This document shows, piece after piece, positions 22,230 to 31,046 of a stretch of 64,000 nucleotides of DNA. The position numbers and the translations under genes were made by a program. The stretch covers positions 7,435 to 71,434 of the forward strand of contig JASLLZ010000003.1 in assembly GCA_030746775.1 (NCBI GenBank). Reading direction: 5' to 3'. Each line of letters begins with the position of its first letter. Within the stretch, counting starts at the first letter, position 1. This DNA comes from Rhodospirillales bacterium (lineage in GTDB: Bacteria; Pseudomonadota; Alphaproteobacteria; Rhodospirillales; JASLLZ01). The notes under the pieces were generated by a model. The model saw only the letters and a list, made by a program, of their open reading frames with translations. It searched no databases and was not told the origin of the DNA.

Positions 22230-22636
22230 CGGGACGCCCCGTCATCGTCCACTCGCTCGACCATGCCCGGGCGGTGCTCGCGGCGGCCGACGAACTTGGC
22301 GCCGCCGTGACGCTGCTGAGCGCGCCGGGCGCCGCCGCCTATCTCGGCGCCAGCGTCTTTCGCGACATGGTGGCCGAGGCCGCGCGGGGCTTTCCCGACG
22401 TCCCGGTCACCGCCGTCCTCGACTGCGGCAGCGAACCCGGACGGGCGCTCAACGCCCTGCGCCAGGGGATAAAGGCGCTGCGCCTCGATGCGTCGGCGGA
22501 CGTGCGGCGCCGGGTTGCCGAGATTGCCGCCCAGACGGGTGCGGGGCTGGATGAGGACGTGACGCCGGCCCTCGACCTTTTAGCCGTCGCCGACCCACAA
22601 GCCGCCTGCCGCGACTGGCTGTCGGCCGCCGGGTAG
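22226..22636 (+). CDS. hypothetical protein (136 aa), translationally coupled to gap
   Basis: The GTG start overlaps the gap stop (GTGA), and codon usage is like its neighbours. I recognise no motif. Confidence 0.5.
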   Translation: MTGRPVIVHSLDHARAVLAAADELGAAVTLLSAPGAAAYLGASVFRDMVAEAARGFPDVPVTAVLDCGSEPGRALNALRQGIKALRLDASADVRRRVAEIAAQTGAGLDEDVTPALDLLAVADPQAACRDWLSAAG

Positions 22637-22643
22637 GTCCATC

Positions 22644-23288
22644 ATGGCCACCGAATCATGCCGCCTTTATCTGATCACGCCGCCGCGCATCGATGTGGCG
22701 GATTTCGCCGAGGACCTGGCGCGCGCCCTCGACGGCGGCGACGTTGCTTGCGTTCAGTTGCGCCTCAAGGAAGCGGCGGACGACGATATCCGGCGCGCCG
22801 CCGAGGCCCTGCTGGCGGTGACCCGGGAACGCGGCGTCGAACTGTTGATGAACGACCGCCCGGACCTCGCCCGCGAGACCGGCTGCGACGGCGTTCACGT
22901 CGGTCAGCAAGACGCGACCTACGAAGCGGCGCGCCAGGCCGTCGGCGCCGAGGGCGTGGTCGGCGTCACCTGTCATGGGTCACGCGATTTGGCCGTCGAG
23001 GCGGCGGCCAAGGGGGCCGACTACGTCGCCCTCGGCGCCTTCTACCCGACCGACACAAAGGAGGCCAAAGCACGCGCCGAGCCCGACATCCTTGCCTGGT
23101 GGTCCGAGATGACCACGGTGCCGTCGGTCGCCATCGGCGGCATTACGCCCGCCAATTGTCCGCCCCTGGTCCGCGCCGGCGCCGATTTCCTGGCCGTCGT
23201 GGCGGCGGTCTGGAATCACCCGGACGGCCCCGCCCAGGCGGTCAAGGCCCTCGAGAAGGCCATCGCCGAAGCCCCGGAGTCCGAGTGA
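22644..23288 (+). CDS. thiE: thiamine-phosphate synthase
   Basis: LYLITP...VQLRLKE...LLMNDRPDLA...DGVHVGQQD...IGGI is the ThiE TIM-barrel pattern. Confidence 0.85.
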   Translation: MATESCRLYLITPPRIDVADFAEDLARALDGGDVACVQLRLKEAADDDIRRAAEALLAVTRERGVELLMNDRPDLARETGCDGVHVGQQDATYEAARQAVGAEGVVGVTCHGSRDLAVEAAAKGADYVALGAFYPTDTKEAKARAEPDILAWWSEMTTVPSVAIGGITPANCPPLVRAGADFLAVVAAVWNHPDGPAQAVKALEKAIAEAPESE

Positions 23289-23363
23289 ACGGCGCTTCGC
23301 GTTGCGCGGGGCGGGGTGACCTGATAGGGTCCGCGCCGCGAACCCACGAGCGCGGTCAAAGTC

Positions 23364-23933
23364 ATGAAGATAAACGGCAACGCCATCCGTCCCGGCATGG
23401 TGATAGAGCATCAGGACCGCCTGTGGCGGGCGGTCCGCATCCAGCATACCCAGCCCGGCAAGGGCGGCGCCTACCTGCAAGTCGAATTGAAGGACCTGCG
23501 CGGCGGCACCAAGCTTAACGAACGCTTCCGTTCCTCGGAAACGGTGGAGCGCGTTCGCCTGGAACAAAAGGCCTATCAGTTTCTCTATGCCGACGGCGAC
23601 ATGTACACCTTCATGGACAATGAGACCTACGAGCAGGTGACGATGGACGCCGACACCATCGGCGAAGACCAGGTGGCCTATCTGCAAGACGGCATGGAGG
23701 TAAAGATCGAGTCGTACGAGGGCGATCCCCTGGGCATCCAGTTGCCAGACTCGGTGACCCTGGAAGTGACCGAAGCGGACGCCGTGGTCAAGGGCCAGAC
23801 GGCTTCTTCGTCGTACAAGCCGGCGCTCCTGGAAAACGGCCTGCGCGTCCTTGTGCCGCCCCACATCGAGGCCGGCACCAGGGTCGTGATCAGCACCGCC
23901 GACGGCACTTACGTCGAACGGGCCAAGGACTAA
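23364..23933 (+). CDS. efp: elongation factor P
   Basis: 189 aa, with the [16 protein letters not shown] loop and OB-fold domains. Confidence 0.95.
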   Translation: MKINGNAIRPGMVIEHQDRLWRAVRIQHTQPGKGGAYLQVELKDLRGGTKLNERFRSSETVERVRLEQKAYQFLYADGDMYTFMDNETYEQVTMDADTIGEDQVAYLQDGMEVKIESYEGDPLGIQLPDSVTLEVTEADAVVKGQTASSSYKPALLENGLRVLVPPHIEAGTRVVISTADGTYVERAKD

Positions 23934-23946
23934 GCCTGAGCCGGCC

Positions 23947-24753
23947 ATGGCCGTTCGCTCCGCCCTTGTCAACGTCATGATCGGGGCCGCCCGCAAGGCG
24001 GCGCGGGCCTTGATTCGCGACTTCGGCGAGGTGCAGCACCTCCAGGTGTCGAAGAAAGGACCGGCTGATTTTGTCAGCGCCGCCGACCGCCATGCCGAGG
24101 ACATCTTATACAACGAACTCAAAAAAGCGCGCCCGGCCTACGGTTTTCTTATGGAAGAACGGGGCGTCGTCGAAGGCACGGACACCTCCAACCGATGGCT
24201 GATCGACCCCCTGGACGGGACGACCAATTTTCTGCACGGCCTTCCGCACTTCGCCATTTCAGTCGCCCTTGAGCGCGACGGGAACCTGATCGCGGGCGTG
24301 GTCTACGAGCCTATTCACGATGAAATGTTTTGGGCCGAGAAAGGGGGTGGCGCCTTTCTCAACGACCGCCGCATCCGGGTGTCGGCGCGGCGGCGCTTGG
24401 ACGAGTCCATCTTCGCCACCGGCATCCCGTTCAAAGGAAAGAGCGACCATGGCGTTTTCCTGCGCCAGCTTGGGGCGGTGATGGCGGTTTCCGCCGGTGT
24501 GCGGCGCTTCGGCGCGGCGGCGCTCGACTTGGCTTACGTGGCGGCGGGACGCTACGACGGATTTTGGGAGACCGGACTCAACCCCTGGGACATGGGCGCC
24601 GGGATCGTCCTCATCCGCGAGGCCGGCGGCTACGTCACGGCCATCGGCGGCGGCCGCGACCCCCAGCTCGGCAGCGATATTGTGGCCGCCAACGACCATC
24701 TGCACCGGGACCTTTTGTCGATTGTCGGCAAGGCCACGATCGATGGCGCGTGA
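23947..24753 (+). CDS. suhB: inositol monophosphatase family protein
   Basis: WLIDPLDGTTNF and WDMGAGIVLIREAGG motifs. Confidence 0.9.
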   Translation: MAVRSALVNVMIGAARKAARALIRDFGEVQHLQVSKKGPADFVSAADRHAEDILYNELKKARPAYGFLMEERGVVEGTDTSNRWLIDPLDGTTNFLHGLPHFAISVALERDGNLIAGVVYEPIHDEMFWAEKGGGAFLNDRRIRVSARRRLDESIFATGIPFKGKSDHGVFLRQLGAVMAVSAGVRRFGAAALDLAYVAAGRYDGFWETGLNPWDMGAGIVLIREAGGYVTAIGGGRDPQLGSDIVAANDHLHRDLLSIVGKATIDGA

Positions 24754-24855
24754 CGCGCCGGGCCACGGCGGCAAACGGGTTGTGCCGGGACCGCCCCTTG
24801 GTTATGGTGATTCGGCTTTGCCGGCAGTGGTGCCACAAGGCTTTGTTCTTCCGGT

Positions 24856-25845
24856 TTGGGGGACCGTGTAGCCATGAAATTCCTCCGACGTATCCGATCG
24901 TCGCGGCGGCCGGGTCAATCCTTTCCTTGCGTGACCGCCATCATCGCACTGGCGGCCCTCGCCGCCATGCCGAGCGGGGCCAAGGCTCAATCGGGTTCTT
25001 TCATCGATTACGGCAACGCCAACGTAACCGTTGACCTGAGCGTCATCGAAGATGGTGGCTATGGACCGGGCCAAGGCATTGCCTCGCCGAGCCTGCCCGT
25101 CCCGGGAACCTCCCACCGGCGCTTGTTGATGCCGGGATCCGGGATGCCGACCTCGCGCCTGCACCTTGCCGTGCCGGGGATGGCCCCATCGACCGCCAAG
25201 CCCGCCGCCCGCCCTGCCGCGGTGGCGCCGGCAAAAGCCCGCCCGAAGCCGGCGCCGGTCGCCCGCGCCCAGCCGGCAGCGGCGCCGCCGCCCCTGCCCA
25301 AGGTCAAGAAACCGGTGGCGGCCCCCAAACCGCCCAAGGCGGCCCCCAAGCCCAAGGTTACCGTCTCGGCGCCGCCGCCGCCGCCCGCCGCCAAACCGAA
25401 ACCAGCACCCGCGGTTAAGAAAGCTCCACCCCCGGCGCCGCCGCCGACCGTGACGGCAAAAAAGACACCTCCCGCCGCGCCCAAACCCCGCGAGCAGGCG
25501 TCGCGTCCTCCGGCACAGGGGGACATAGCGCCGGGACGAGCCTTGCGATTGGCCTTCGCCGAAAGCGCCCCCAAGATTTCGCCGGCGGTTCAAAATCAGT
25601 TGAAAACCCTGGCCCGCCAAATGCGGGAAAAATCGGACTTGCGTTTACAGCTTATGGCTTACGCCGGCGGCAAGGCTCTGTCGTCAAGCAAGGCCCGGCG
25701 GCTCTCGTTGTCGCGCGCCTTGTCGGTGCGCGCCTATCTCATCGAGAACGGCATTCGCAGCACCCGCATCGACGTCCGCGCGCTGGGCAACAAGACGACC
25801 GACGAACCGGTAAACCGCGTTGACGTGATGGTGGTCGCCCGGTGA
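24856..25845 (+). CDS. OmpA-domain protein with N-terminal hydrophobic segment and long Pro/Ala/Lys-rich spacer (TolA/TonB-like layout)
   Basis: N-terminal VTAIIALAALAAMPSGAKA, a spacer of about 110 aa (KPAPV, PPPPPAAKPKPAP), and a C-terminal OmpA-like region (RLSLSRALSVRAYLIENGI...RVDV). Confidence 0.75.
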   Translation: MGDRVAMKFLRRIRSSRRPGQSFPCVTAIIALAALAAMPSGAKAQSGSFIDYGNANVTVDLSVIEDGGYGPGQGIASPSLPVPGTSHRRLLMPGSGMPTSRLHLAVPGMAPSTAKPAARPAAVAPAKARPKPAPVARAQPAAAPPPLPKVKKPVAAPKPPKAAPKPKVTVSAPPPPPAAKPKPAPAVKKAPPPAPPPTVTAKKTPPAAPKPREQASRPPAQGDIAPGRALRLAFAESAPKISPAVQNQLKTLARQMREKSDLRLQLMAYAGGKALSSSKARRLSLSRALSVRAYLIENGIRSTRIDVRALGNKTTDEPVNRVDVMVVAR

Positions 25846-27026
25846 GTTCCGCCACGCCGTGGTCCGACCCCGGGGATTTCCAAGCCATGGCGCGGCCGCG
25901 GCGGTTTCTTGTCCGCATGGCGTTTTTTCTTGGCGCCGTCCTCGCCGGGGTGGCGGCTCTCTACGTACCGCTTAGCAACGCATTCGTGGCCAACGTGCCG
26001 CTCAACGGCCTAATACTCGGCGTCCTTTTTCTCGGCATAATCTATAATTTTCGCCAGGTCCTACAGCTCTATCCGGAGGTCGCGTGGATCGAAAGTTTCC
26101 GCCGCGACCAGACGACGCTTTCCCAATCGCGCCCACCCAAGCTGCTGGCCCCCATGGCGGTCATGCTGGGCGAACGGACGGATCTCAGACTGTCGACGCT
26201 GTCGCTGCGTTCCTTGTTGGACAGCATCAGCCTGCGCCTCGACGAAGCCCGCGACATCTCGCGTTACACCATTGGCCTTCTCATCTTTCTTGGACTGCTT
26301 GGAACCTTTTGGGGATTGCTTGAGACGGTGGCCTCGATCCGCGACGTCATCGGCGGGCTTTCGGTCACCAAGGGCGACATGGCAAAGGTCTTCAGCGACC
26401 TCAAGGGGGGCTTATCCGCCCCCCTGGCCGGCATGGGAACGGCGTTTTCGTCGTCGCTGTTCGGGCTCGGCGGATCGTTGGCCCTTGGCTTTCTCGACCT
26501 ACAGGCCAGCCAGGCGCAGCATCGCTTCTATAATGAGCTGGAAGAGTGGCTCTCCGGTCTGACGCGGCTGTCCAGCGGCGCCCTGTCCGCCGACGGCGAC
26601 CAATCGGTACCGGCCTACGTCCAGGCATTGTTGGAACAAAGCGCCGAGAGCCTGGAAAACCTGCAGCGGACCCTGGCCCGAGGCGAGGAAAATCGGATCA
26701 CCGCCAACACCAACCTGATGGCTCTGGTGGAGAAAATGGGAACCCTGACCGATCACATGCGGATCGAACAGTCCTTGATGAAGAAACTGGCCGAGAGCCA
26801 CTTGGATATGAAACCGATCCTTGAGCGCCTGGCCGATGCCGCCCAACCGGACTCGGGCAACCTGGACGAAGCGACGCGCACCCATATTCGCAACCTCGAC
26901 GTCTATATGGCGCGCTTGCTGGAAGACCTGAGCGCCGGGCGCGAGGAAGTCATTCAGCAAGTGCGCAGCGAGATCAAACTGTTGGCCCGCACCATCGCTG
27001 CCATCGCCGAGGAGTCGGACCGCTAA
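25842..27026 (+). CDS. MotA/TolQ/ExbB-like proton-channel protein with a C-terminal helical tail of about 170 aa
   Basis: The GTG start overlaps the upstream stop (GTGA). TM segments plus the LGLLGTFWGL...GMGTAFSSSLFGLGGSLALGFL signature, followed by a heptad-rich tail. Confidence 0.7.
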   Translation: MSSATPWSDPGDFQAMARPRRFLVRMAFFLGAVLAGVAALYVPLSNAFVANVPLNGLILGVLFLGIIYNFRQVLQLYPEVAWIESFRRDQTTLSQSRPPKLLAPMAVMLGERTDLRLSTLSLRSLLDSISLRLDEARDISRYTIGLLIFLGLLGTFWGLLETVASIRDVIGGLSVTKGDMAKVFSDLKGGLSAPLAGMGTAFSSSLFGLGGSLALGFLDLQASQAQHRFYNELEEWLSGLTRLSSGALSADGDQSVPAYVQALLEQSAESLENLQRTLARGEENRITANTNLMALVEKMGTLTDHMRIEQSLMKKLAESHLDMKPILERLADAAQPDSGNLDEATRTHIRNLDVYMARLLEDLSAGREEVIQQVRSEIKLLARTIAAIAEESDR

Positions 27027-27048
27027 ACGGCCGGCGCAGCCGAAACCC

Positions 27049-28284
27049 ATGCCCGCCCTTTCACGCCGTTTTCGCCAAGAAACCAACATCTGGCCCGGGT
27101 TCGTTGATGCCCTGGCGACGCTGCTCATGGTCATCATCTTTCTGGTCATGATCTTTGTGCTCGCCCAGTTTTTTCTCAGCGAGGCCCTGTCGGGCCGCGA
27201 CGCGGCCTTGCAAAGGCTGGAGAACCAAGTCAGCGAGCTGGCTGACCTTCTGGCGCTGGAGCGAAAGAGCAGCGAGGAGCTTCGTCTCGACGTGGCGCAG
27301 TTGGCCGGCGAACTACAGTCTTCGGTGGCGGCGCGCGACGACCTCATATCCACCATCGAAGCCCTGACCATTCGCGCCGAGAAGAGTGAGACCAAGTCGG
27401 CGCGTCTCGACAAGGAATTGGAAGAAGCCTTCGCCACGATTATGGCCGGCAAGGACAAGATAGAGCTTCAAGTGCGCCAGATCGTCAAATTGACGCAACA
27501 GGTCACGGCGCTCCAGGCCCTCAAGGACGACCTTGAGGGCGAGATCGCCCGTTTGGCCGGAAAACTGGGAAAAACCGAGGAGAGCCTGGCCCAATCCGAG
27601 GCCGAGCGCGAAAAGACGCGCACGGCCCTGGGCGCGGAGCGCGAACTATCGGAAAGCGCCCGTGCCCATCTGGCGCTTCTCAACCGCCAGATGGCGGCCC
27701 TGCGCGAGCAACTGTCCAAATTGTCGGCGACCCTGGCCGAATCGGAATCCCGGGCCGAACGCCAGAAGGTTCAGATTTCCTCGCTCGGCCGGCGCCTGAA
27801 TGCCGCGCTGGCCAGCAAGGTACAAGAACTGTCGCGATACCGCTCCGAGTTCTTCGGCCGCCTACGCGAAGTGTTGGGGCGCCAACCGGGAATTCGCATC
27901 GTCGGCGACCGTTTCGTCTTTCAATCCGAGGTTCTGTTCGCCACCGGCTCGGCCGACATCGGCGACGCCGGCAAGGATCAGCTTGCCCGTCTGGCCTCCA
28001 CGCTTGGCGAAATCTCGCCCAAAATTCCCACGGAACTTAACTGGATACTGCGTATCGACGGACATACCGACCGGGTGCCCATCAACACCGCCCAGTACCC
28101 ATCCAACTGGGAACTGTCGACGGCACGCGCCATCTCCGTGGTCCGCTTCCTGATCGCGACGGGAATTCCGGCCGAGCGCCTGGCGGCGACCGGATTTGGC
28201 GAGAACCAACCGATCGACGACCGCGATGACGAAATCGGACGGCGGCGCAATCGCCGCATCGAATTGAAACTCACCCAGCGCTGA
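27049..28284 (+). CDS. MotB/TolR-like protein with long coiled coil and C-terminal OmpA/MotB peptidoglycan-binding domain
   Basis: IWPGFVDALATLLMVIIFLVM (plug/TM segment with Asp), a heptad-rich segment of about 230 aa, then F.S..A.I......L...GHTD...NWELSTARA...NRRIEL. Confidence 0.8.
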   Translation: MPALSRRFRQETNIWPGFVDALATLLMVIIFLVMIFVLAQFFLSEALSGRDAALQRLENQVSELADLLALERKSSEELRLDVAQLAGELQSSVAARDDLISTIEALTIRAEKSETKSARLDKELEEAFATIMAGKDKIELQVRQIVKLTQQVTALQALKDDLEGEIARLAGKLGKTEESLAQSEAEREKTRTALGAERELSESARAHLALLNRQMAALREQLSKLSATLAESESRAERQKVQISSLGRRLNAALASKVQELSRYRSEFFGRLREVLGRQPGIRIVGDRFVFQSEVLFATGSADIGDAGKDQLARLASTLGEISPKIPTELNWILRIDGHTDRVPINTAQYPSNWELSTARAISVVRFLIATGIPAERLAATGFGENQPIDDRDDEIGRRRNRRIELKLTQR

Positions 28285-28294
28285 CGAACACCCC

Positions 28295-29476
28295 GTGCCG
28301 GCTCTCTTTCCAATCGTCGTCATCGACCTTATCGGATTTGGGATCGTCATTCCCCTGCTGCCGTTCTATGCCGAGCGATTCCAGGCCGCCCCGGACGTCG
28401 TCGCCCTTCTCATGGCGACCTATTCCTTTACCCAATTCCTATCGACGCCGATTTGGGGGCGGGCCAGCGACCTTTGGGGACGGCGCCCCATCCTTTTGCT
28501 CTCGCTGGCCGGCGCCGTGGCTTCGTATACCTGGTTGGCCTTTGCCGACGGTTTGTGGATGCTGTTCGCGGCGCGTGCCCTGGGCGGCATCATGGCCGGC
28601 AATATATCCGCCGCCTTCGCTTATGTGGCCGACATCACGACGGCGAAGGATCGGGCCAAGGGCATGGGTCTGGTGGGCGCCGCCTTTGGCCTGGGTTTTG
28701 TCATCGGTCCCGCCTTGGGCGGCATCCTGGCCGGCCCCGATCCTCTCACCGCCGACTACCGGACACCCTCCTTGGCCGCCGCCGGACTATCGCTGACCGC
28801 CCTGGTATTGGCCCTGATCATCCTCAAGGAATCCCTGTCACCGGAGATCCGCGCCCGTCTTGCCCAACAACCCGTCCAACCCAGGCTGGCCCTATTCATT
28901 GAGGTTCTGGGGCGACGCGAGGTCGGACTGTTGATCGCCATCACGTTCCTGGCGACCTTTGTTTTCGCCGGCATGGAGGCCGTCTTCGCCCTTTGGTCCG
29001 AACGTACGATGGGGTGGGGCCCGGAACAAAACGGCTATCTGTTCGCCTTTGTCGGCGTGCTCGGCGCGTTGGTGCAAGGGGGACTCATGGGGCGTCTGGC
29101 GCGACGGTTCGGGGAAGCAAACCTGATCGTGCAGGGCGCGGTGGCCCTGGCGCTCGGGCTTGTTGCGCTGCCTTTCTCCGATACCTTGGCATTCCTCCTT
29201 CCCGCCATGCTCTTCTTGGTTTACGGTTTCAGTATTTGCACGCCGTCGCTCAACAGCCTGATTTCGAAGCGGGTGGGAGCGGACGAACAGGGCAAGGTTT
29301 TGGGAGTCACGCGCTCGGCCTCCACCCTGGCCCGGGTGGCGGGACCCGCATGGGCCGGATTCCTGTTCACCGCCCTGGGCAAGAGCTGGCCCTTCTTCGG
29401 CGGAGCGGTGGTCATGATCGGCGTGTTGTTTCTTGGGCTTAGGGTGCGCCGGCGGCGGCGTGCGAACACCTCTTGA
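28295..29476 (+). CDS. MFS transporter (drug/H+ antiporter-like)
   Basis: 393 aa with about 12 hydrophobic segments. GRASDLWGRRPILL is the MFS loop 2-3 motif. Confidence 0.85.
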   Translation: MPALFPIVVIDLIGFGIVIPLLPFYAERFQAAPDVVALLMATYSFTQFLSTPIWGRASDLWGRRPILLLSLAGAVASYTWLAFADGLWMLFAARALGGIMAGNISAAFAYVADITTAKDRAKGMGLVGAAFGLGFVIGPALGGILAGPDPLTADYRTPSLAAAGLSLTALVLALIILKESLSPEIRARLAQQPVQPRLALFIEVLGRREVGLLIAITFLATFVFAGMEAVFALWSERTMGWGPEQNGYLFAFVGVLGALVQGGLMGRLARRFGEANLIVQGAVALALGLVALPFSDTLAFLLPAMLFLVYGFSICTPSLNSLISKRVGADEQGKVLGVTRSASTLARVAGPAWAGFLFTALGKSWPFFGGAVVMIGVLFLGLRVRRRRRANTS

Positions 29477-29529
29477 ACGGGGCCCAATGCTTAGGTATAC
29501 AGGGCAGTTCAGCGGCGGGAGCATAGGCC

Positions 29530-29754
29530 ATGAAGAAAGACATCCACCCCGACTACCACGAGATCAACGTCGTCATGACCGACGGCACGACCTTCGCCAC
29601 GCGCTCGACGTGGGGCAAGGCCGGCGACACCATGAAGCTTGACATCGACCCGAAGTCCCACCCCGCCTGGACCGGCGTTCACCGGCTCATGGACAGCGGC
29701 GGCCAGTTGGCTAAATTCAACAAGAGGTTTAAAGACTTTCAGATCAAGAATTAG
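29530..29754 (+). CDS. rpmE: 50S ribosomal protein L31
   Basis: [19 protein letters not shown]...HPAWTG...KFNKRF. 74 aa. Confidence 0.93.
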   Translation: MKKDIHPDYHEINVVMTDGTTFATRSTWGKAGDTMKLDIDPKSHPAWTGVHRLMDSGGQLAKFNKRFKDFQIKN

Positions 29755-29879
29755 GCCGGTGCCTTTCAATCTGACCCGGCAAATTTGGTGTTCCAAGGAG
29801 ACTCCGGCGGATTCGGCGCGAAATTGGCTGTACTTGGTGCGCGGGGGACGAACCCAAGAGTCCGCGAGGGCTTAAGACG

Positions 29880-30752
29880 ATGATGAAGGCACAATTCGAC
29901 GATGTCGACTTGATGCTGGTCGATCCGGCTCAGGGGACCCGCGAGTCGATCAGGAATATTCTCCACAATCAGGGCTTCCGAAACCTGGGTACGGGCACCC
30001 GGCTCAAGGAGATTCAAAAACGGTTCGACACCGCGACACCGGATTTGCTGATTAGCGAAATCGCTCTCGAAGATGGCGATTTCTGCGCCTTCGTCACCGA
30101 TGTGCGCCAAAACAACGTGGGCAACAATCCCTTCCTCCCGGTGGTCGGACTGACGTCCAATCCGACCCCGGATCTGGTGAAAGTTGCCGTCAACTCGGGT
30201 ATCGATCACCTGTTGATCAAACCCTTTTCCGCCGGCCAGTTGATGGATCGCATCAATGCGCCGATTGAGGCGCGGAACCCGTTCATCGTGACCTACGATT
30301 ACATCGGCCCGGAACGCCGCACGGGGGATCAACGCTCGAGCGAGATCCCCCACATGGACGTACCCAACATCTTGAGGGCCAAGGCTTTCGGACAAATGGA
30401 AGCCTTGGATGCCGAGAAAGCCATCAAAACCGCCCAGACCAAGATCAATATCCGCAAGTTGGAACGCGACATCTTCCAAATCGGCTTCCTCGTCCGACAT
30501 ATCACGACCAGTTTGGAAAAAGGGATCGTGGACAACACGACTTCCGCCTTCTTGTCGCGTCTCTTGGAGGTGATCGACGAGACCCAGCGACGGGTGGTCA
30601 ACACCCGGCACGCCGATCTCGCCGAGCGATGCAAGTCCCTGGCCAAGGTCACCAATACCATTGTTGCGTCCGAGGGAAACCCGGGATTCGATGAAATCGT
30701 CCAGCTGAAGCTTTTGAGCCAGGGCATTCAAAAAAGCTTCGACCTAGCGTAG
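29880..30752 (+). CDS. receiver (REC)-like domain protein with Glu at the phospho-acceptor position plus an uncharacterised C-terminal domain
   Basis: Residues 10-125 align with CheY-like receivers (LMLVDP..., DLLISEIALEDGD, VVGLTS, LLIKPF). The D57-equivalent residue is E. I do not recognise the C-terminal 160 aa or so. Confidence 0.6.
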   Translation: MMKAQFDDVDLMLVDPAQGTRESIRNILHNQGFRNLGTGTRLKEIQKRFDTATPDLLISEIALEDGDFCAFVTDVRQNNVGNNPFLPVVGLTSNPTPDLVKVAVNSGIDHLLIKPFSAGQLMDRINAPIEARNPFIVTYDYIGPERRTGDQRSSEIPHMDVPNILRAKAFGQMEALDAEKAIKTAQTKINIRKLERDIFQIGFLVRHITTSLEKGIVDNTTSAFLSRLLEVIDETQRRVVNTRHADLAERCKSLAKVTNTIVASEGNPGFDEIVQLKLLSQGIQKSFDLA

Positions 30753-31046
30753 CGTCCCGAACCCAGGGCTACGGCCCGGTTCGGCATGCAAGCCCCCGGT
30801 CCCTCATTACCCGACCAGCATTACTTGAATGGTTTCCAATACGGCGTGACGTGTTTGCCTGTCGCGTTAATCGTGATAAAATGCTTTGCTTGTCTTGGTT
30901 TACACTCACGTCCTGAAGATATGCTTTCATACTCTTGCACGCTGCTCGATAAATGCAGCCTTTCTCAAGGGTATAATCATCTGGTGGTGAAATAGGCCAA
31001 GAGAGCGGCCACGTTTGAGTGGAGGCTCGGCCCATCGGGGAGCGGC

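Noticed and set aside
24856-28284. Zorya (ZorAB) anti-phage system
   Set aside because: A MotA-like plus MotB-like pair suggested it. But there are no ZorC/D/E-type genes, the MotA-like tail is short, the long coiled coil is on the MotB-like subunit, and the neighbours are housekeeping genes.
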